56,095 nt of DNA. Origin: Dehalococcoides mccartyi. GTDB taxonomy: Bacteria; Chloroflexota; Dehalococcoidia; UBA2979. Positions 18,230 to 28,113 of the stretch are shown in pieces; positions within the stretch are counted from its first letter, which is position 1; each line of letters starts with the position of its first letter. Below the pieces are notes generated by a model. The model worked only from the letters and a program-made list of their open reading frames with translations. It did no database searches and was not told where the DNA came from. The DNA lies in NCBI GenBank assembly GCA_945888895.1, contig CAMDAY010000001.1, positions 1-56,095 on the forward strand, written 5' to 3'. The translations under genes and the position numbers were made by a program.

Positions 18230-19387
18230 TCACGCCCCGGCGAGAGCCTCGACCTCCTCTGCGGAGAGGCCCGCGCCCGCAAGCACCTCGCGCGTGTGCT
18301 CGCCGATGAGCGGCGGGCGGCCGTGCTCGGCGGGGGTGTCGGAAAACTCCCACGGCACGCCGATCGTGCGCACACGGCCGACGCCGGGGTAGTCGAAGGC
18401 GCTCAGCAGCCCGAGTGCTGCGGCCTGTGGATCCTCGACGAGGCGCGAGTAGGTGTTGTACGGGACGGCGTTGCCGCCGAGCTCGCGCACCTTCGCGACG
18501 ATCTCGTCGGCGGGGTGCGTCTTGAAGGCCGCCTCGAACTCCGCCTTGTGCTCGGTGGGCCACTGCGGGCTGCGCTTCCCAGTGTTCTCGAGGATCTCCG
18601 GGATGCCCAGCCACTCGCAGAACGCGGCGAGCGCGGCGTCGTCCTCCATGAAGCCCCAGAGGATGCCGAGGTCGGCGGTCATGAAGCCGCGCGCCTGCGG
18701 GCGGAAGGCCGCGAGGCAGTGGCCGATCCACTCGTCGGGCTCGCTCTCGGAGACCCACTGGATCGTCTGCATCGCGATCTGGGAGCCGACCAGGCTGACC
18801 GCGACCTCCTGGCCCTTGCCGCTCTGGTCACGCTCGAGGAGTGAGGCCATCGCGCCGTGGAACGCGAAGAGCGATGCGCTCAGCGAGCCGAGCGGCAGGC
18901 CGTGCCGCGTCGGTGCCTGCCCGAGCGTGCCGAGGTAGCGCCACTGACCGGACATCGCCTGCACGTCCAGTTCGGACGCGCGCTGGTTGGCGAGTGGGCC
19001 GGTGTTGCCCCACGGCGTGATCGGCACGACCACCAGCCGCGGCCAGCGCGCCGACAGCGCGGCGTAGGTCATGCCAAGCTCCTCGGCCTCGTCGGGGTAG
19101 AGGTCGAGCAGCAGCACATCCGCGCTGTCGATGAGCTTCTCGAGCGCGCCACGCGCGGCGGCGTTCGCGCGCCAGTCGAGGCGCACGCTCTGTTTGCTGC
19201 GGTTCGCGGAGAGGAACGCGGCGGCGTCCTCGCCGATGAACGGCGGGCCCTGCTGGCGGAGGTAGTCGCCCTCGGGCGGCTCAACCTTCGTCACGGTCGC
19301 GCCGAGGTCGGCGAAGATCATGCCGCAGTAGCCGAGGTAGCCCTGCGTCGTCTCGACGACGCGCAGTCCTTCGAGCGGTCCAGTCAT
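18230..19387 (-). CDS. family III CoA-transferase (CaiB/BaiF type)
   Basis: 385-aa ORF: 'GPLEGLRVVETTQGYLGYCGMIFADLGATVTKVEPPEGDYLR'. Confidence 0.88.
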   Translation of the reverse strand: MTGPLEGLRVVETTQGYLGYCGMIFADLGATVTKVEPPEGDYLRQQGPPFIGEDAAAFLSANRSKQSVRLDWRANAAARGALEKLIDSADVLLLDLYPDEAEELGMTYAALSARWPRLVVVPITPWGNTGPLANQRASELDVQAMSGQWRYLGTLGQAPTRHGLPLGSLSASLFAFHGAMASLLERDQSGKGQEVAVSLVGSQIAMQTIQWVSESEPDEWIGHCLAAFRPQARGFMTADLGILWGFMEDDAALAAFCEWLGIPEILENTGKRSPQWPTEHKAEFEAAFKTHPADEIVAKVRELGGNAVPYNTYSRLVEDPQAAALGLLSAFDYPGVGRVRTIGVPWEFSDTPAEHGRPPLIGEHTREVLAGAGLSAEEVEALAGA

Positions 19388-19414
19388 ATCGATCCCCGTC
19401 CGCGCTGGTGCGAG

Positions 19415-20578
19415 CTAGTTCGAGTGTTTGGGGAGATACTCCGCGAGGAAGTCCTCCGTGTCCGAGCCGACCATGTGCGTCGCGCGGATCTCGCCGGGCG
19501 TGCGACTGAAGTGCCACGGCAGTCCGCCGACGGTCACGCGGCCCCACGGGCTCACGAAATCCTCGAGCATTCGCTGCTCGCGCACCTGCGGATGTACGCG
19601 CAGGTTGTTGTAGGTGAAGTAGGTGCTGCTCGGCACGCGCGCTGCCTGCAGCAGCTCGAGCCACTCGGCGGCCGGCTTCGTCGCGATGGCTGCCTCGATC
19701 GCCGCGTCGATGGCGTCACGGTGCGCGACGCGGCCGGCGTTGCGCTGGAGCGCGGGGTCTTTCGCCTGCTCCGTGAGGCCGAGGACGCGACAGACGCTCT
19801 GCCACTCGACCTCGGTGTTCGCGGTGACGTTGAGGTAGCGGCCATCCTCGGCCTGGTAGGCGCGGGACGGACAGAGCGTGCTGACGCCCGAGCCCATCGG
19901 CGTCGGGTTCTGGTCGTTCGCGAAGTACTCCTGCGCGCGGATGCCGGAATACGCGACGGCGGCCTGCATCTGCGACTGGTCGATGAACTGACCCTTGCCG
20001 GTGAACTTGCGACGCCACAGCGCGGCGAGCACGCCCGAGACGATGTACTGCGAGGTCGTCAGGTCGATGTGCCCGCCGTGCTTGATGCCCTCGGGCGGCT
20101 CGCCGACGGGGCCGCTGACGGAGGCGAAGCCGGAGATCGCCTGCCCGTACGGGTCGGTGCTGCCCATCTGCTTGTACGGCCCGCGTGACCCGTAGCCAGA
20201 CGAGGAGCAGTACACGATGCGCGGGTTGATCTTCGACACCTGCTCGTAGCCGAGGCCTCGACGTTCCATGAAGCCGGGGCGGTGGTTCTCGATGATCACG
20301 TCGGACTTCAGCACGAGCTGGTGGACGGCCTCGCGGATCATCTCGTCGCGGAGGTCGACGGTGGTGAGGCGCTTGTTGAGGTTCATGGAGATGTAGACGG
20401 CGGTGATGCCGTTCTTCCAGGGCGGGGGCTGGCGCGAGAGGTAGTCGCCCTCGGGCGGCTCGAGCTTGATGATCTCCGCGCCCATCTCTCCGAGGAGGGC
20501 GCAGGCCCAGGGGCCGACGGCGTAGTGGGTGGCATCGAGCACTCGGATGCCGGTGAGGGGGCCGGTCATGGTGGCCAT
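19415..20578 (-). CDS. family III CoA-transferase (CaiB/BaiF type), paralogue
   Basis: ATG at 20578 follows GAGGAAGG and gives 387 aa: 'GPLTGIRVLDATHYAVGPWACALLGEMGAEIIKLEPPEGDYLS..ENHRPGFMERRGLGYE'. Confidence 0.88.
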   Translation of the reverse strand: MATMTGPLTGIRVLDATHYAVGPWACALLGEMGAEIIKLEPPEGDYLSRQPPPWKNGITAVYISMNLNKRLTTVDLRDEMIREAVHQLVLKSDVIIENHRPGFMERRGLGYEQVSKINPRIVYCSSSGYGSRGPYKQMGSTDPYGQAISGFASVSGPVGEPPEGIKHGGHIDLTTSQYIVSGVLAALWRRKFTGKGQFIDQSQMQAAVAYSGIRAQEYFANDQNPTPMGSGVSTLCPSRAYQAEDGRYLNVTANTEVEWQSVCRVLGLTEQAKDPALQRNAGRVAHRDAIDAAIEAAIATKPAAEWLELLQAARVPSSTYFTYNNLRVHPQVREQRMLEDFVSPWGRVTVGGLPWHFSRTPGEIRATHMVGSDTEDFLAEYLPKHSN

Positions 20579-20748
20579 CCTTCCTCGAGCCTGCCGGTGC
20601 GCGCGTAACGGATCGCCGAGACGGGGCGGCAGACGTCGCCAACCCTCGGATTCTAGGCCGAGGATGCAACGGATGTGATGCGGCGGGGGCAAGCGGCGGA
20701 GCGCCCTCGACGGTGCGGGAGATCGAGGTGCTGTGCGACGTGCTGCGA

Positions 20749-20790
20749 CCCCCAACCCCAACCCTCCCCCGTAGAGGGGGAGGGGGTCGG
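20749..20790. repeat. GC-rich hairpin repeat, family 1
   Basis: Sequence is cccccaaCCCCAACCCTCCCCCgtagaGGGGGAGGGggtcgg. It lies in the 368-bp gap between the amidase stop (20947) and the CoA-transferase start (20578). Confidence 0.85.
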
Positions 20791-20796
20791 AGCTCA

Positions 20797-20836
20797 GAAC
20801 CCTCGCCCACGCAGCGGGAGAGGGCAGGGTGAGGGT
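20797..20836 (-). repeat. GC-rich hairpin repeat, family 3 (inverted relative to 12514)
   Basis: Sequence is GAACCCTCGCCCacgcagcGGGAGAGGGcagggtgagggt. Its reverse complement aligns with 12514-12557. Confidence 0.7.
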
Positions 20837-20946
20837 CCGCTTCTGCTTGCGGGAGGGGTTTCCCGCTTGGTCTCCTCGACGCTTTGAGGAGCGGGGACAC
20901 GGCTGGCGCCCGGAGGGGGATCGAGGCGCCAGCCGCGTCGTGGTGG

Positions 20947-22416
20947 CTAGACGGTGGCGGCGACCATCTGCGCGTAGGTGGGGACGCGCAGGTGGAAGTC
21001 GGTAACGCGCTGGTAGGCGTCGCCGACCTGGAAGACGGGGGCCTCGTTGAAGGCGGCGCCCACGAGCTGCATCGACAGCGGGAGTGGGAGCGCGCCGGTG
21101 GTGAAGCCGACGGGCAGCGCCATCGCGGGGAGGCCCGCGAGGTTCCACGGGGCGGTGAAGCTCGGCTCGTTCAGGCGACGCTCCGGCGTCATTGCCTCGC
21201 GCATCGGGGCCGGGCCGATCGAGGTCGGCATGGCGAGGACGTCTACGGTGTCGAAGAGCTTCGTCATCTCCTGCTTGAAGTAGGAGCGGAAGCGCTGGGC
21301 CTGCACGTAGTCTGCGCCGCTGAAGACCATGCCGCGCGCGAGCTGCTGGGCCGTGTACTTCCCATAGTCATCGTAGCGAGTGTCGAGGTCCGGCCGGTGG
21401 TAGGCGGAAGCCTCGCTCCACATGATGATCTGGTTCGCGTCGCGCGACTCGGCGGCGTAGGGGACCTCCACCTCCGAGATGATCGCGCTCATGCCCTCGA
21501 GCACCTTCACGGCGGCGAGGATGGCGTTCTTCGTGTCGACGTCGAGCGCCGGGTTCTCGAGGAAGTAGCCCATCGTCAGGCCGATCCTCATGCCCTTCAC
21601 GTCGCCGGTCAGCGTCGCGGTGTAGTCGGGCACGGGGACATCGACGGTGCAGGGGTCGCGCGGGTCGTAGCCCGCCATGACGTTGAGCATCAGCGCGCAG
21701 TCGTAGGCGGTGCGGGCCATCGGGTTGATGCCGTCCAGGCTGTAGCCCAGCGGGACGCAGCCGAACTTCGACACGCGGCCGAAGGTCTGCTTCATGCCGG
21801 TGCCGCCGTTGACGGACGAGGGGCCGCGTGTCGAGCCGCCCGTGTCCGTGCCGAGGCCGCCGAGGACGAGCCCCGAGGCGATCGCGATGCCGGTGCCGGA
21901 GGAGGAGCCGGCGGCGGTGCGGGGGAGGTCCCACGGGTTCTGGGGCATCGGGAACGGCTTGTCGGGGTCGGGCGCGCCGTTGGCGAACTCGCTGAGCACG
22001 GTCTTGCCGACGAACACCGCACCGGCCACGCGGAGCTTCTCCACGACCGCCGCGTCGTAGCCCTCGCCCCACTTGGGGTCGAGGACGACGCTATTCGCGG
22101 TGGTCGGCGCGGTCTTGGTGGCGATGATGTCCTTCGCGGCCATCGGGATGCCCTGGAGCGGGCCGAGATCCACGCCCTTCGCCAGCAGCGCGTCCGTCTC
22201 CGCGGCCTCGGCGAGCGCGATCTCCGGCATCGTCGTGATGAACGAGCCGAGCGTCGGGTTCAGTGCCTCGATCTTGTCGAGGTGGATGTGCGTCAGCTCG
22301 ACGCTGGTGATGGTGCCGGCGCGCAGGGCGGCAGCGGCGTCCTTGATCGTGATCGGTGTGTCCAACGCAGTGTGTCCTTCCCCGGATCCTCGGTCGGTGA
22401 GGGCGACCGTGCTCAT
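20947..22416 (-). CDS. amidase-signature family amidase (GatA-like)
   Basis: ATG at 22416 gives 489 aa: 'GPLQGIPMAAKDII' and 'AAGSSSGTGIAIASGLVLGGLGTDTGGSTRGPSS' (the GGSS-type signature). There is no obvious SD, so the start is less certain. Confidence 0.88.
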   Translation of the reverse strand: MSTVALTDRGSGEGHTALDTPITIKDAAAALRAGTITSVELTHIHLDKIEALNPTLGSFITTMPEIALAEAAETDALLAKGVDLGPLQGIPMAAKDIIATKTAPTTANSVVLDPKWGEGYDAAVVEKLRVAGAVFVGKTVLSEFANGAPDPDKPFPMPQNPWDLPRTAAGSSSGTGIAIASGLVLGGLGTDTGGSTRGPSSVNGGTGMKQTFGRVSKFGCVPLGYSLDGINPMARTAYDCALMLNVMAGYDPRDPCTVDVPVPDYTATLTGDVKGMRIGLTMGYFLENPALDVDTKNAILAAVKVLEGMSAIISEVEVPYAAESRDANQIIMWSEASAYHRPDLDTRYDDYGKYTAQQLARGMVFSGADYVQAQRFRSYFKQEMTKLFDTVDVLAMPTSIGPAPMREAMTPERRLNEPSFTAPWNLAGLPAMALPVGFTTGALPLPLSMQLVGAAFNEAPVFQVGDAYQRVTDFHLRVPTYAQMVAATV

Positions 22417-22546
22417 CGTGGACGAGCGCCGTTTCCCGGTGGTGACCCCCGCGTGACGGCGAGGTGAACAGCGGGTCACGTTGCGATAGCGGGGATGTCG
22501 GCAACGCGTGCGAGGTACGCGCCTGACCTCGAGGGGAGCGCGGGAA

Positions 22547-23425
22547 CTAGCGGGCGTCGAGGTCGCTGATGCGGTGCGCGGCGGCGTAGACGTTGAGGCT
22601 GTCCGCGCGCACAAAGCCGGCGAGCGTGATGTCGAATGACTCGGCCAACTCGACCGCAAGGCTCGAGGGCGCGCCGACCGAGGCGACGACCGGGATCCGC
22701 GCGGCAAGCGCCTTCTGCAGCAACTCAAAGCTTGCGCGGCCACTGAGCATGAGGATGCTGTCGGTCAGCGGCAGGCGGCCCTCGATCAGAGCGGACCCGA
22801 CGAGCTTGTCGAGGGCGTTGTGGCGGCCGACGTCCTCGAACAGGCCGAGGAGGGCGCCGTCGAGGTCGAAGAGGCCGGCTGCGTGCAGTCCGCCGGTGCG
22901 GTCGAACGTTGCCTGCGCCTCGCGGAGCCGCTGGGGCAGCGCGCGCAGCGTCGAGTCGGGGACGCGCGCGCCGCGCGGGAGCACCGCGCAGCCGTGGATC
23001 TCCAACGATTCGAGCGCGGCCTTGCCGCACACGCCGCAGCTGGAGGTCGTGTAGAAGTTGCGCTGCACGCTGGCGTCGTCGACCTCGAGGCCGGGGCGCA
23101 CCGTCACGTTGACGATGTTCTGACGCTGCGGCTCGTCCTCGTCGGTGCAGTACGAGATGTCGAGGACGTCGTCGCGCCCGCCGATGATCGACTCGCCGTA
23201 GAGGAAACCGGCGGCGAGCTCGAAGTCGTGCCCGGGGGTGCGCATCGTCACGGCGATGCGGCGCGTGTCGAGGCCGTCCGCCGTCTCGCGGATCAGGCGG
23301 ATCTCCATCGGCTCCTCGACGGCGAGCGTGTCGTCCTCGACGGACCACTCGCCCGCGCGGAGGCGACGCACGGCGTGGCTCGTCGTGCTGCTCGAGCCGC
23401 GGTCTGTGATGGGTGTGAAGTTCAT
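22547..23425 (-). CDS. fdhD: formate dehydrogenase accessory sulfurtransferase FdhD
   Basis: 292-aa ORF with the 'TTSSCGVCGK' catalytic Cys loop and 'GGLHAAGLF..DVGRHNALDKLVG'. Confidence 0.92.
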   Translation of the reverse strand: MNFTPITDRGSSSTTSHAVRRLRAGEWSVEDDTLAVEEPMEIRLIRETADGLDTRRIAVTMRTPGHDFELAAGFLYGESIIGGRDDVLDISYCTDEDEPQRQNIVNVTVRPGLEVDDASVQRNFYTTSSCGVCGKAALESLEIHGCAVLPRGARVPDSTLRALPQRLREAQATFDRTGGLHAAGLFDLDGALLGLFEDVGRHNALDKLVGSALIEGRLPLTDSILMLSGRASFELLQKALAARIPVVASVGAPSSLAVELAESFDITLAGFVRADSLNVYAAAHRISDLDAR

Positions 23426-23434
23426 GGGGCGGGC

Positions 23435-23662
23435 CTAGTGAGCGTCGGGCACCGGGACAAGGCGGCGCACGGCCTCATCAGCGAGCTCGTGCAGCCCTGC
23501 GCCGCCGTTCTCGACGTACGAAATGATCTCGCGGCGCATGCGAGGCGCCCAGAACATGCGCAGGTGATTCGCGACGCCCTCGACGGCCTCGTCGTGAGGG
23601 AAGGTCGCGAAGAACAGCGCGATCTGGTTCGCCTTGTGGACCATCGTGTCCGCGTGCGCCAC
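23435..23662 (-). CDS. fdsD: NAD-dependent formate dehydrogenase delta subunit
   Basis: 75-aa ORF, 'MVHKANQIALFFATFPHDEAVEGVANHLRMFWAPRMR', starting 3 nt after the fdsA stop. Confidence 0.85.
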   Translation of the reverse strand: MAHADTMVHKANQIALFFATFPHDEAVEGVANHLRMFWAPRMRREIISYVENGGAGLHELADEAVRRLVPVPDAH

Positions 23663-23665
23663 GAG

Positions 23666-26509
23666 TTACCTCGTGTCCGTCGAGGAGCCGGCGACCTGTG
23701 TCGTCGCCTCGCGCAGGGCGAGGTAATCGAGCTGCCACTCGGAGCGCTGGCCGGTGCGGTTCACCTGGACGGCGGTCACCTTGTACTCGGGGCAGTCGGT
23801 TGCCCAGTCGGCGAACTCCGTGGTCACCACGTTCGCGCCCGAGTCGGGGTGGTGGAATGTCGTGTAGACCACGCCCGGCTGCATGCGCTCCGAGATCAGC
23901 GCGCGCAGCGCGGTCTCGCCGATGCGGCTGGTGATCGTCACGAGGTCGCCGTCGTTGATGCCGCGGTTCTCAGCGTCCCACGGGTGGATCTCCAGCCGGT
24001 CCTCGTCGTGCCAGACGACGTTTGCGGTGCGGCGGGTCTGCGCGCCGACGTTGTACTGCGACAGGATGCGGCCGGTCGTCAGGAGGAGCGGGAAACGGTC
24101 GTTCGTGCGCTCCTCGGTGGGGACGTACTCGGTGACCATGAACAGGCCCTGGCCGCGCACGAAGCCCGCCTCGTGCATGATCGGCGTGCCGTTAGGCGCG
24201 CCCTCGTTGCACGGCCACTGGATGCTGCCGAGCTCCTCGAGGCGGTCGTAGGAGACGCCCGCGAAGGTCGGGGTGAGGCGCGCGATCTCGTCCATGATCT
24301 CGGACGGGTGGCTGTAGGCCATGTCGTAGCCGAGGGCCTTCGACAGCGCGATTGTGATCTCCCAGTCCGCAAGCCCGGCCTTCGGCGGCACGGCCTTGCG
24401 GACGCGGCTGATGCGGCGCTCCGCGTTGGTGAACGTGCCGTCCTTCTCCAGGAACGACGAGCCCGGCAGGAACACGTGCGCGTAGCTGGCCGTCTCGGTG
24501 AGGAACAGGTCCTGCACGATGATGCACTCCATCGCGCCAAGGCCCGCCGTGACGTGCTTCGTGTTCGGGTCGGACTGCACGATGTCCTCGCCCTGGATGT
24601 AGAGGCCCTTGAACGTGCCGTCCAGCGCCGCGTCGAACATGTTCGGGATGCGCAGGCCGGGCTCCGACTGGAGGCCGACGTTCCAAGCGTCCTCGAACAT
24701 CGTGCGGACGCCTTCGTCGGAGACGTGGCGGTACCCGGAGAACTCGTGCGGGAATGAACCCATGTCGCACGAGCCCTGAACGTTGTTCTGGCCGCGCAGC
24801 GGGTTCACGCCGACGCCGGGGCGGCCGATGTTCCCGGTCGCCATCGCGAGGTTCGCGATGCCCATGACCATCGTGGAGCCCTGGCTGTGCTCGGTGACGC
24901 CGAGGCCGTAGTAGATCGCGGCGTTGCCGCCGGTCGCGTACAGCCGGGCTGCGCCGCGCAGGTCCGCGGCGGACACGCCGGTCGTGGCCTCGAGGGCCTC
25001 GGGGGAGTTGCGCTCCTCGGCGACGAACGCGGCCCAGCGCGCGAAGGCGGCGGGGTCGCAGCGCTCCTGCACGTAGGCGTGGTCCACGAGGTCCTCGGTC
25101 ACCACGACGTGCGCCATCGCGTTGATCACCGCGACGTTGGTGCTGGGACGCAGCGGGAGGTGGTAGTCCGCCTCGACGTGCGGGAGCTTGATGAGGTCGA
25201 TGCGCCGGGGGTCGACGACGATCAACTTCGCGCCCGCGCGCAGCCGACGCTTCATCTGCGAGGCGAACACGGGGTGCGCGTCGGTGGGGTTCGCGCCGAT
25301 GACGACGATCACGTCGGCGGCCTCGACGGAGTCGAAGTCCTGCGTGCCGGCGGAGGTGCCGAGCGTCGTCTTCAGCCCGTAGCCGGTGGGCGAGTGGCAG
25401 ACGCGCGCGCAGGTGTCCACGTTGTTGTTGCCGAAGCCCGCGCGCACCAGCTTCTGCACGAGGAACGTCTCCTCGTTCGTGCAGCGCGAGGAGGTGATGC
25501 CGCCGACGGCGTCCTGACCGTACTTCGCCTGGATGCGCTTGAACTCGCTGGCGGCGTAGGAGATCGCCTCGTCCCAAGATACCTCGCGCCACGGGTCGGT
25601 GATCTTCGAGCGGATCATCGGAGAGAGGACGCGATCGCGGTGGGTGGCGTAGCCCCACGCGAAGCGGCCCTTCACGCAGGAGTGGCCGTGGTTCGCCTTG
25701 CCGTCCTTGAACGGCATCATGCGCACGACCTCGTTGCCCTTCATCTCGGCCTTGAAGGAGCAGCCGACGCCGCAGTAGCCGCACGTCGTGACGACGCTGT
25801 GGTCGGGCTGACCGGCGTCAATGATCGACTTCTCGGTGAGCGTCGCGGTCGGGCATGCCTGCACGCACGCACCGCAGGACACGCATTCGGAGTCCACGAA
25901 CGAGTGACCGCCTGCGGAGACCTTCGAGTCGAACCCCCGTCCCGCGATCGTCAGAGCGAAGGTGCCCTGCACCTCCTCGCACGCGCGCACGCAGCGCGAG
26001 CAGACGATGCACTTCGCGGCGTCGAAGGTGAAGTACGGGTTCGTCTCGTCCTTCAGGGCGTCGAGGTGGTTCGCGCCCTCGTAGCCGTAGCGCACCTCGC
26101 GCAGGCCGACGGCACCGGCCATGTCCTGCAGTTCGCAGTCGCCGTTGGCCGCGCAGGTGAGGCAGTCCAGCGGGTGGTCGGAGATGTACAGCTCCATGAC
26201 GCCTCGACGCAGGCCGGCGAGCTGCGGCGTCTGCGTGGTGACGCGCATGTGGTCCTCGACCGGGGTGGTGCAGGAGGCAGGTGTGCCGCGCCGACCCTCG
26301 ATCTCCACGAGGCACAGGCGGCAGGACCCGAAGGGCTCGAGGTTGTCGGTTGCGCAGAGCTTAGGCACGCCAACGCCGGCGAGCGCGGCGGCGCGCATGA
26401 CGGACGTGCCCGCGGGCACCATCACCATCTTGCCGTCCACCTCGACCGTGACCAGCACTTCGGACTGACGCGCGGGAGTGCCGAGGTCGGGTTCGTGGAT
26501 CAGGGTCAT
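23666..26509 (-). CDS. fdsA: formate dehydrogenase alpha subunit (2Fe-2S/4Fe-4S/molybdopterin), Cys-type
   Basis: 947-aa ORF with N-terminal 2Fe-2S 'CRLCLVEIEG', several CxxCxxC clusters, 'TTCGYCGVGC', and 'CARVCHSPTGYG' with Cys at the Mo ligand position. There is no in-frame TGA. Confidence 0.95.
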   Translation of the reverse strand: MTLIHEPDLGTPARQSEVLVTVEVDGKMVMVPAGTSVMRAAALAGVGVPKLCATDNLEPFGSCRLCLVEIEGRRGTPASCTTPVEDHMRVTTQTPQLAGLRRGVMELYISDHPLDCLTCAANGDCELQDMAGAVGLREVRYGYEGANHLDALKDETNPYFTFDAAKCIVCSRCVRACEEVQGTFALTIAGRGFDSKVSAGGHSFVDSECVSCGACVQACPTATLTEKSIIDAGQPDHSVVTTCGYCGVGCSFKAEMKGNEVVRMMPFKDGKANHGHSCVKGRFAWGYATHRDRVLSPMIRSKITDPWREVSWDEAISYAASEFKRIQAKYGQDAVGGITSSRCTNEETFLVQKLVRAGFGNNNVDTCARVCHSPTGYGLKTTLGTSAGTQDFDSVEAADVIVVIGANPTDAHPVFASQMKRRLRAGAKLIVVDPRRIDLIKLPHVEADYHLPLRPSTNVAVINAMAHVVVTEDLVDHAYVQERCDPAAFARWAAFVAEERNSPEALEATTGVSAADLRGAARLYATGGNAAIYYGLGVTEHSQGSTMVMGIANLAMATGNIGRPGVGVNPLRGQNNVQGSCDMGSFPHEFSGYRHVSDEGVRTMFEDAWNVGLQSEPGLRIPNMFDAALDGTFKGLYIQGEDIVQSDPNTKHVTAGLGAMECIIVQDLFLTETASYAHVFLPGSSFLEKDGTFTNAERRISRVRKAVPPKAGLADWEITIALSKALGYDMAYSHPSEIMDEIARLTPTFAGVSYDRLEELGSIQWPCNEGAPNGTPIMHEAGFVRGQGLFMVTEYVPTEERTNDRFPLLLTTGRILSQYNVGAQTRRTANVVWHDEDRLEIHPWDAENRGINDGDLVTITSRIGETALRALISERMQPGVVYTTFHHPDSGANVVTTEFADWATDCPEYKVTAVQVNRTGQRSEWQLDYLALREATTQVAGSSTDTR

Positions 26510-26544
26510 AGCATCACCTCACCGACGATCTCAGTATGCGCGTC

Positions 26545-28113
26545 TCAGGCGGTGACGGTCGGCACAATCGTCCGACTGAAGTCTTCAGGGAAGTGTTGGA
26601 GCGCGCTGCGCACGGGGATAGGCGTCAGCCCCCCCAGCGCGCACAGCGATGCGCCAGTCATCAGTGTGGTCAGGTCGTCGAGCAGCTCGAGGTTCGCGGT
26701 GCGGTTTTCTCCGGCGATGATCCGGTCGATCACCTCGACACCGCGGGTGGAGCCGATGCGGCAGGGGGTGCACTTGCCGCAGCTCTCCACGGCGCAGAAG
26801 GCCATCGCGAACCGCGCCTGCCGTGCGAGGTCCACGGTGTCGTCGAAGACCACCATGCCGCCGTGGCCGAGCAGGCCGCTGGCGGCAGCCATCGCTTCGT
26901 AGTCCAGCGGGGTGTCGAGCATCGACGTGGGGAAGTACGCGCCAAGCGGGCCGCCGACCTGCACCGCGCGCATCGGGCGGCCGGTGGCGGTGCCGCCGCC
27001 GAAGCCCTCGACTACCTCGCGCAGGGTGACGCCGAAGGCCAACTCGATGAGCCCGCCGCGCTTCACGTTGCCCGCGAGCTGCACCGGCTGCGTGCCGCGC
27101 GAGCGGCCCATGCCGAAGGACTGATAGTGCGCCGCGCCGCGCTCGAGGATCACCGGGACGGTCGCGAGCGAGAGCACGTTGTTCACGACGGTCGGCTTGC
27201 CGAACAGGCCGCTGATCGCCGGCAGCGGCGGGCGCGGGCGAATGACGCCCTTCTTGCCCTCGAGGCTCTCGAGCAGCGCCGTCTCCTCGCCGCAGATGTA
27301 CGCGCCCGCGCCGAGGCGCACGGCGAGATCGAAGGTGTGCGCGCTGCCCGCGACCGAGGTGCCGAGGTAGCCGCGCTCGCGGGCGATGGCGACCGCCTCG
27401 GTCAGCGTGCGGAAGGCGTCCGGGTACTCGGAGCGAAGGTAGACGTAGCCCTGCGTCGCGCCGACGGCGATGCCGGCGATCGTCATGCCCTCGATCAGGG
27501 TGAACGGATCGCCTTCGATCAACATGCGGTCGGCGAAGGTGCCGCTGTCGCCCTCGTCGGCGTTGCAGACGATGTACTTCTGGCCGGCCTCCATCTGGGC
27601 GGTAGGCGCGCCGAGCACGGTGCGCCACTTGATGCCGGTCGGGAAGCCCGCGCCGCCACGGCCGCGCAGCCCGGACTCCGTGACCTCGGTGACGATCTCG
27701 TCGCCGGTCATGCCGAGGGCGCGTGTCAGCCCGGCATAGCCGCCGTGCGCGAGGTAGTCGTCCAGCGACAGCGGATCGATGACCCCACAGCGCGCGAAGG
27801 TGAGCCGCTGCTGCTTCGCGAAGTACGGGATGTTCTCGACCAACCCGAGACGCCGCTCGCCGCGCCCCTCGAGCATTCCGGCGTCGAGGAGGGCGGGGAT
27901 CTCCTCGGGCGCGACGTGGCCAAAGCCGACGCGGCCCGCGATCGTCTCCACCTCGACGAGGGGTTCGAGCCAGATCATGCCGCGCGAGCCGTTGCGGACG
28001 ATCGTCACGTCGAGGCCGCGCGCGTGCGCCTCGGCGGCGATGCGCACGGCGACGTCGTCCGCGCCCACGGAGCGCGCGGAGGCGTCGCGCGGGACGTAGG
28101 CGCGCGTCGTCAC
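26545..28113 (-). CDS. fdsB: formate dehydrogenase beta subunit (NuoF-like, FMN/NAD/4Fe-4S)
   Basis: GTG at 28113 overlaps the fdsG stop in a GTGA junction and gives 522 aa: 'GLRGRGGAGFPTGIKW', 'CNADEGDSGTF' and 'ESCGKCTPCR'. Confidence 0.92.
   Translation of the reverse strand: MTTRAYVPRDASARSVGADDVAVRIAAEAHARGLDVTIVRNGSRGMIWLEPLVEVETIAGRVGFGHVAPEEIPALLDAGMLEGRGERRLGLVENIPYFAKQQRLTFARCGVIDPLSLDDYLAHGGYAGLTRALGMTGDEIVTEVTESGLRGRGGAGFPTGIKWRTVLGAPTAQMEAGQKYIVCNADEGDSGTFADRMLIEGDPFTLIEGMTIAGIAVGATQGYVYLRSEYPDAFRTLTEAVAIARERGYLGTSVAGSAHTFDLAVRLGAGAYICGEETALLESLEGKKGVIRPRPPLPAISGLFGKPTVVNNVLSLATVPVILERGAAHYQSFGMGRSRGTQPVQLAGNVKRGGLIELAFGVTLREVVEGFGGGTATGRPMRAVQVGGPLGAYFPTSMLDTPLDYEAMAAASGLLGHGGMVVFDDTVDLARQARFAMAFCAVESCGKCTPCRIGSTRGVEVIDRIIAGENRTANLELLDDLTTLMTGASLCALGGLTPIPVRSALQHFPEDFSRTIVPTVTA

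Noticed and set aside
23666-26509. Possible selenocysteine (in-frame TGA) in the formate dehydrogenase alpha subunit.
   Set aside because: The ORF is uninterrupted and has Cys in 'CARVCHSPTGYG'. No SECIS-like requirement arises.
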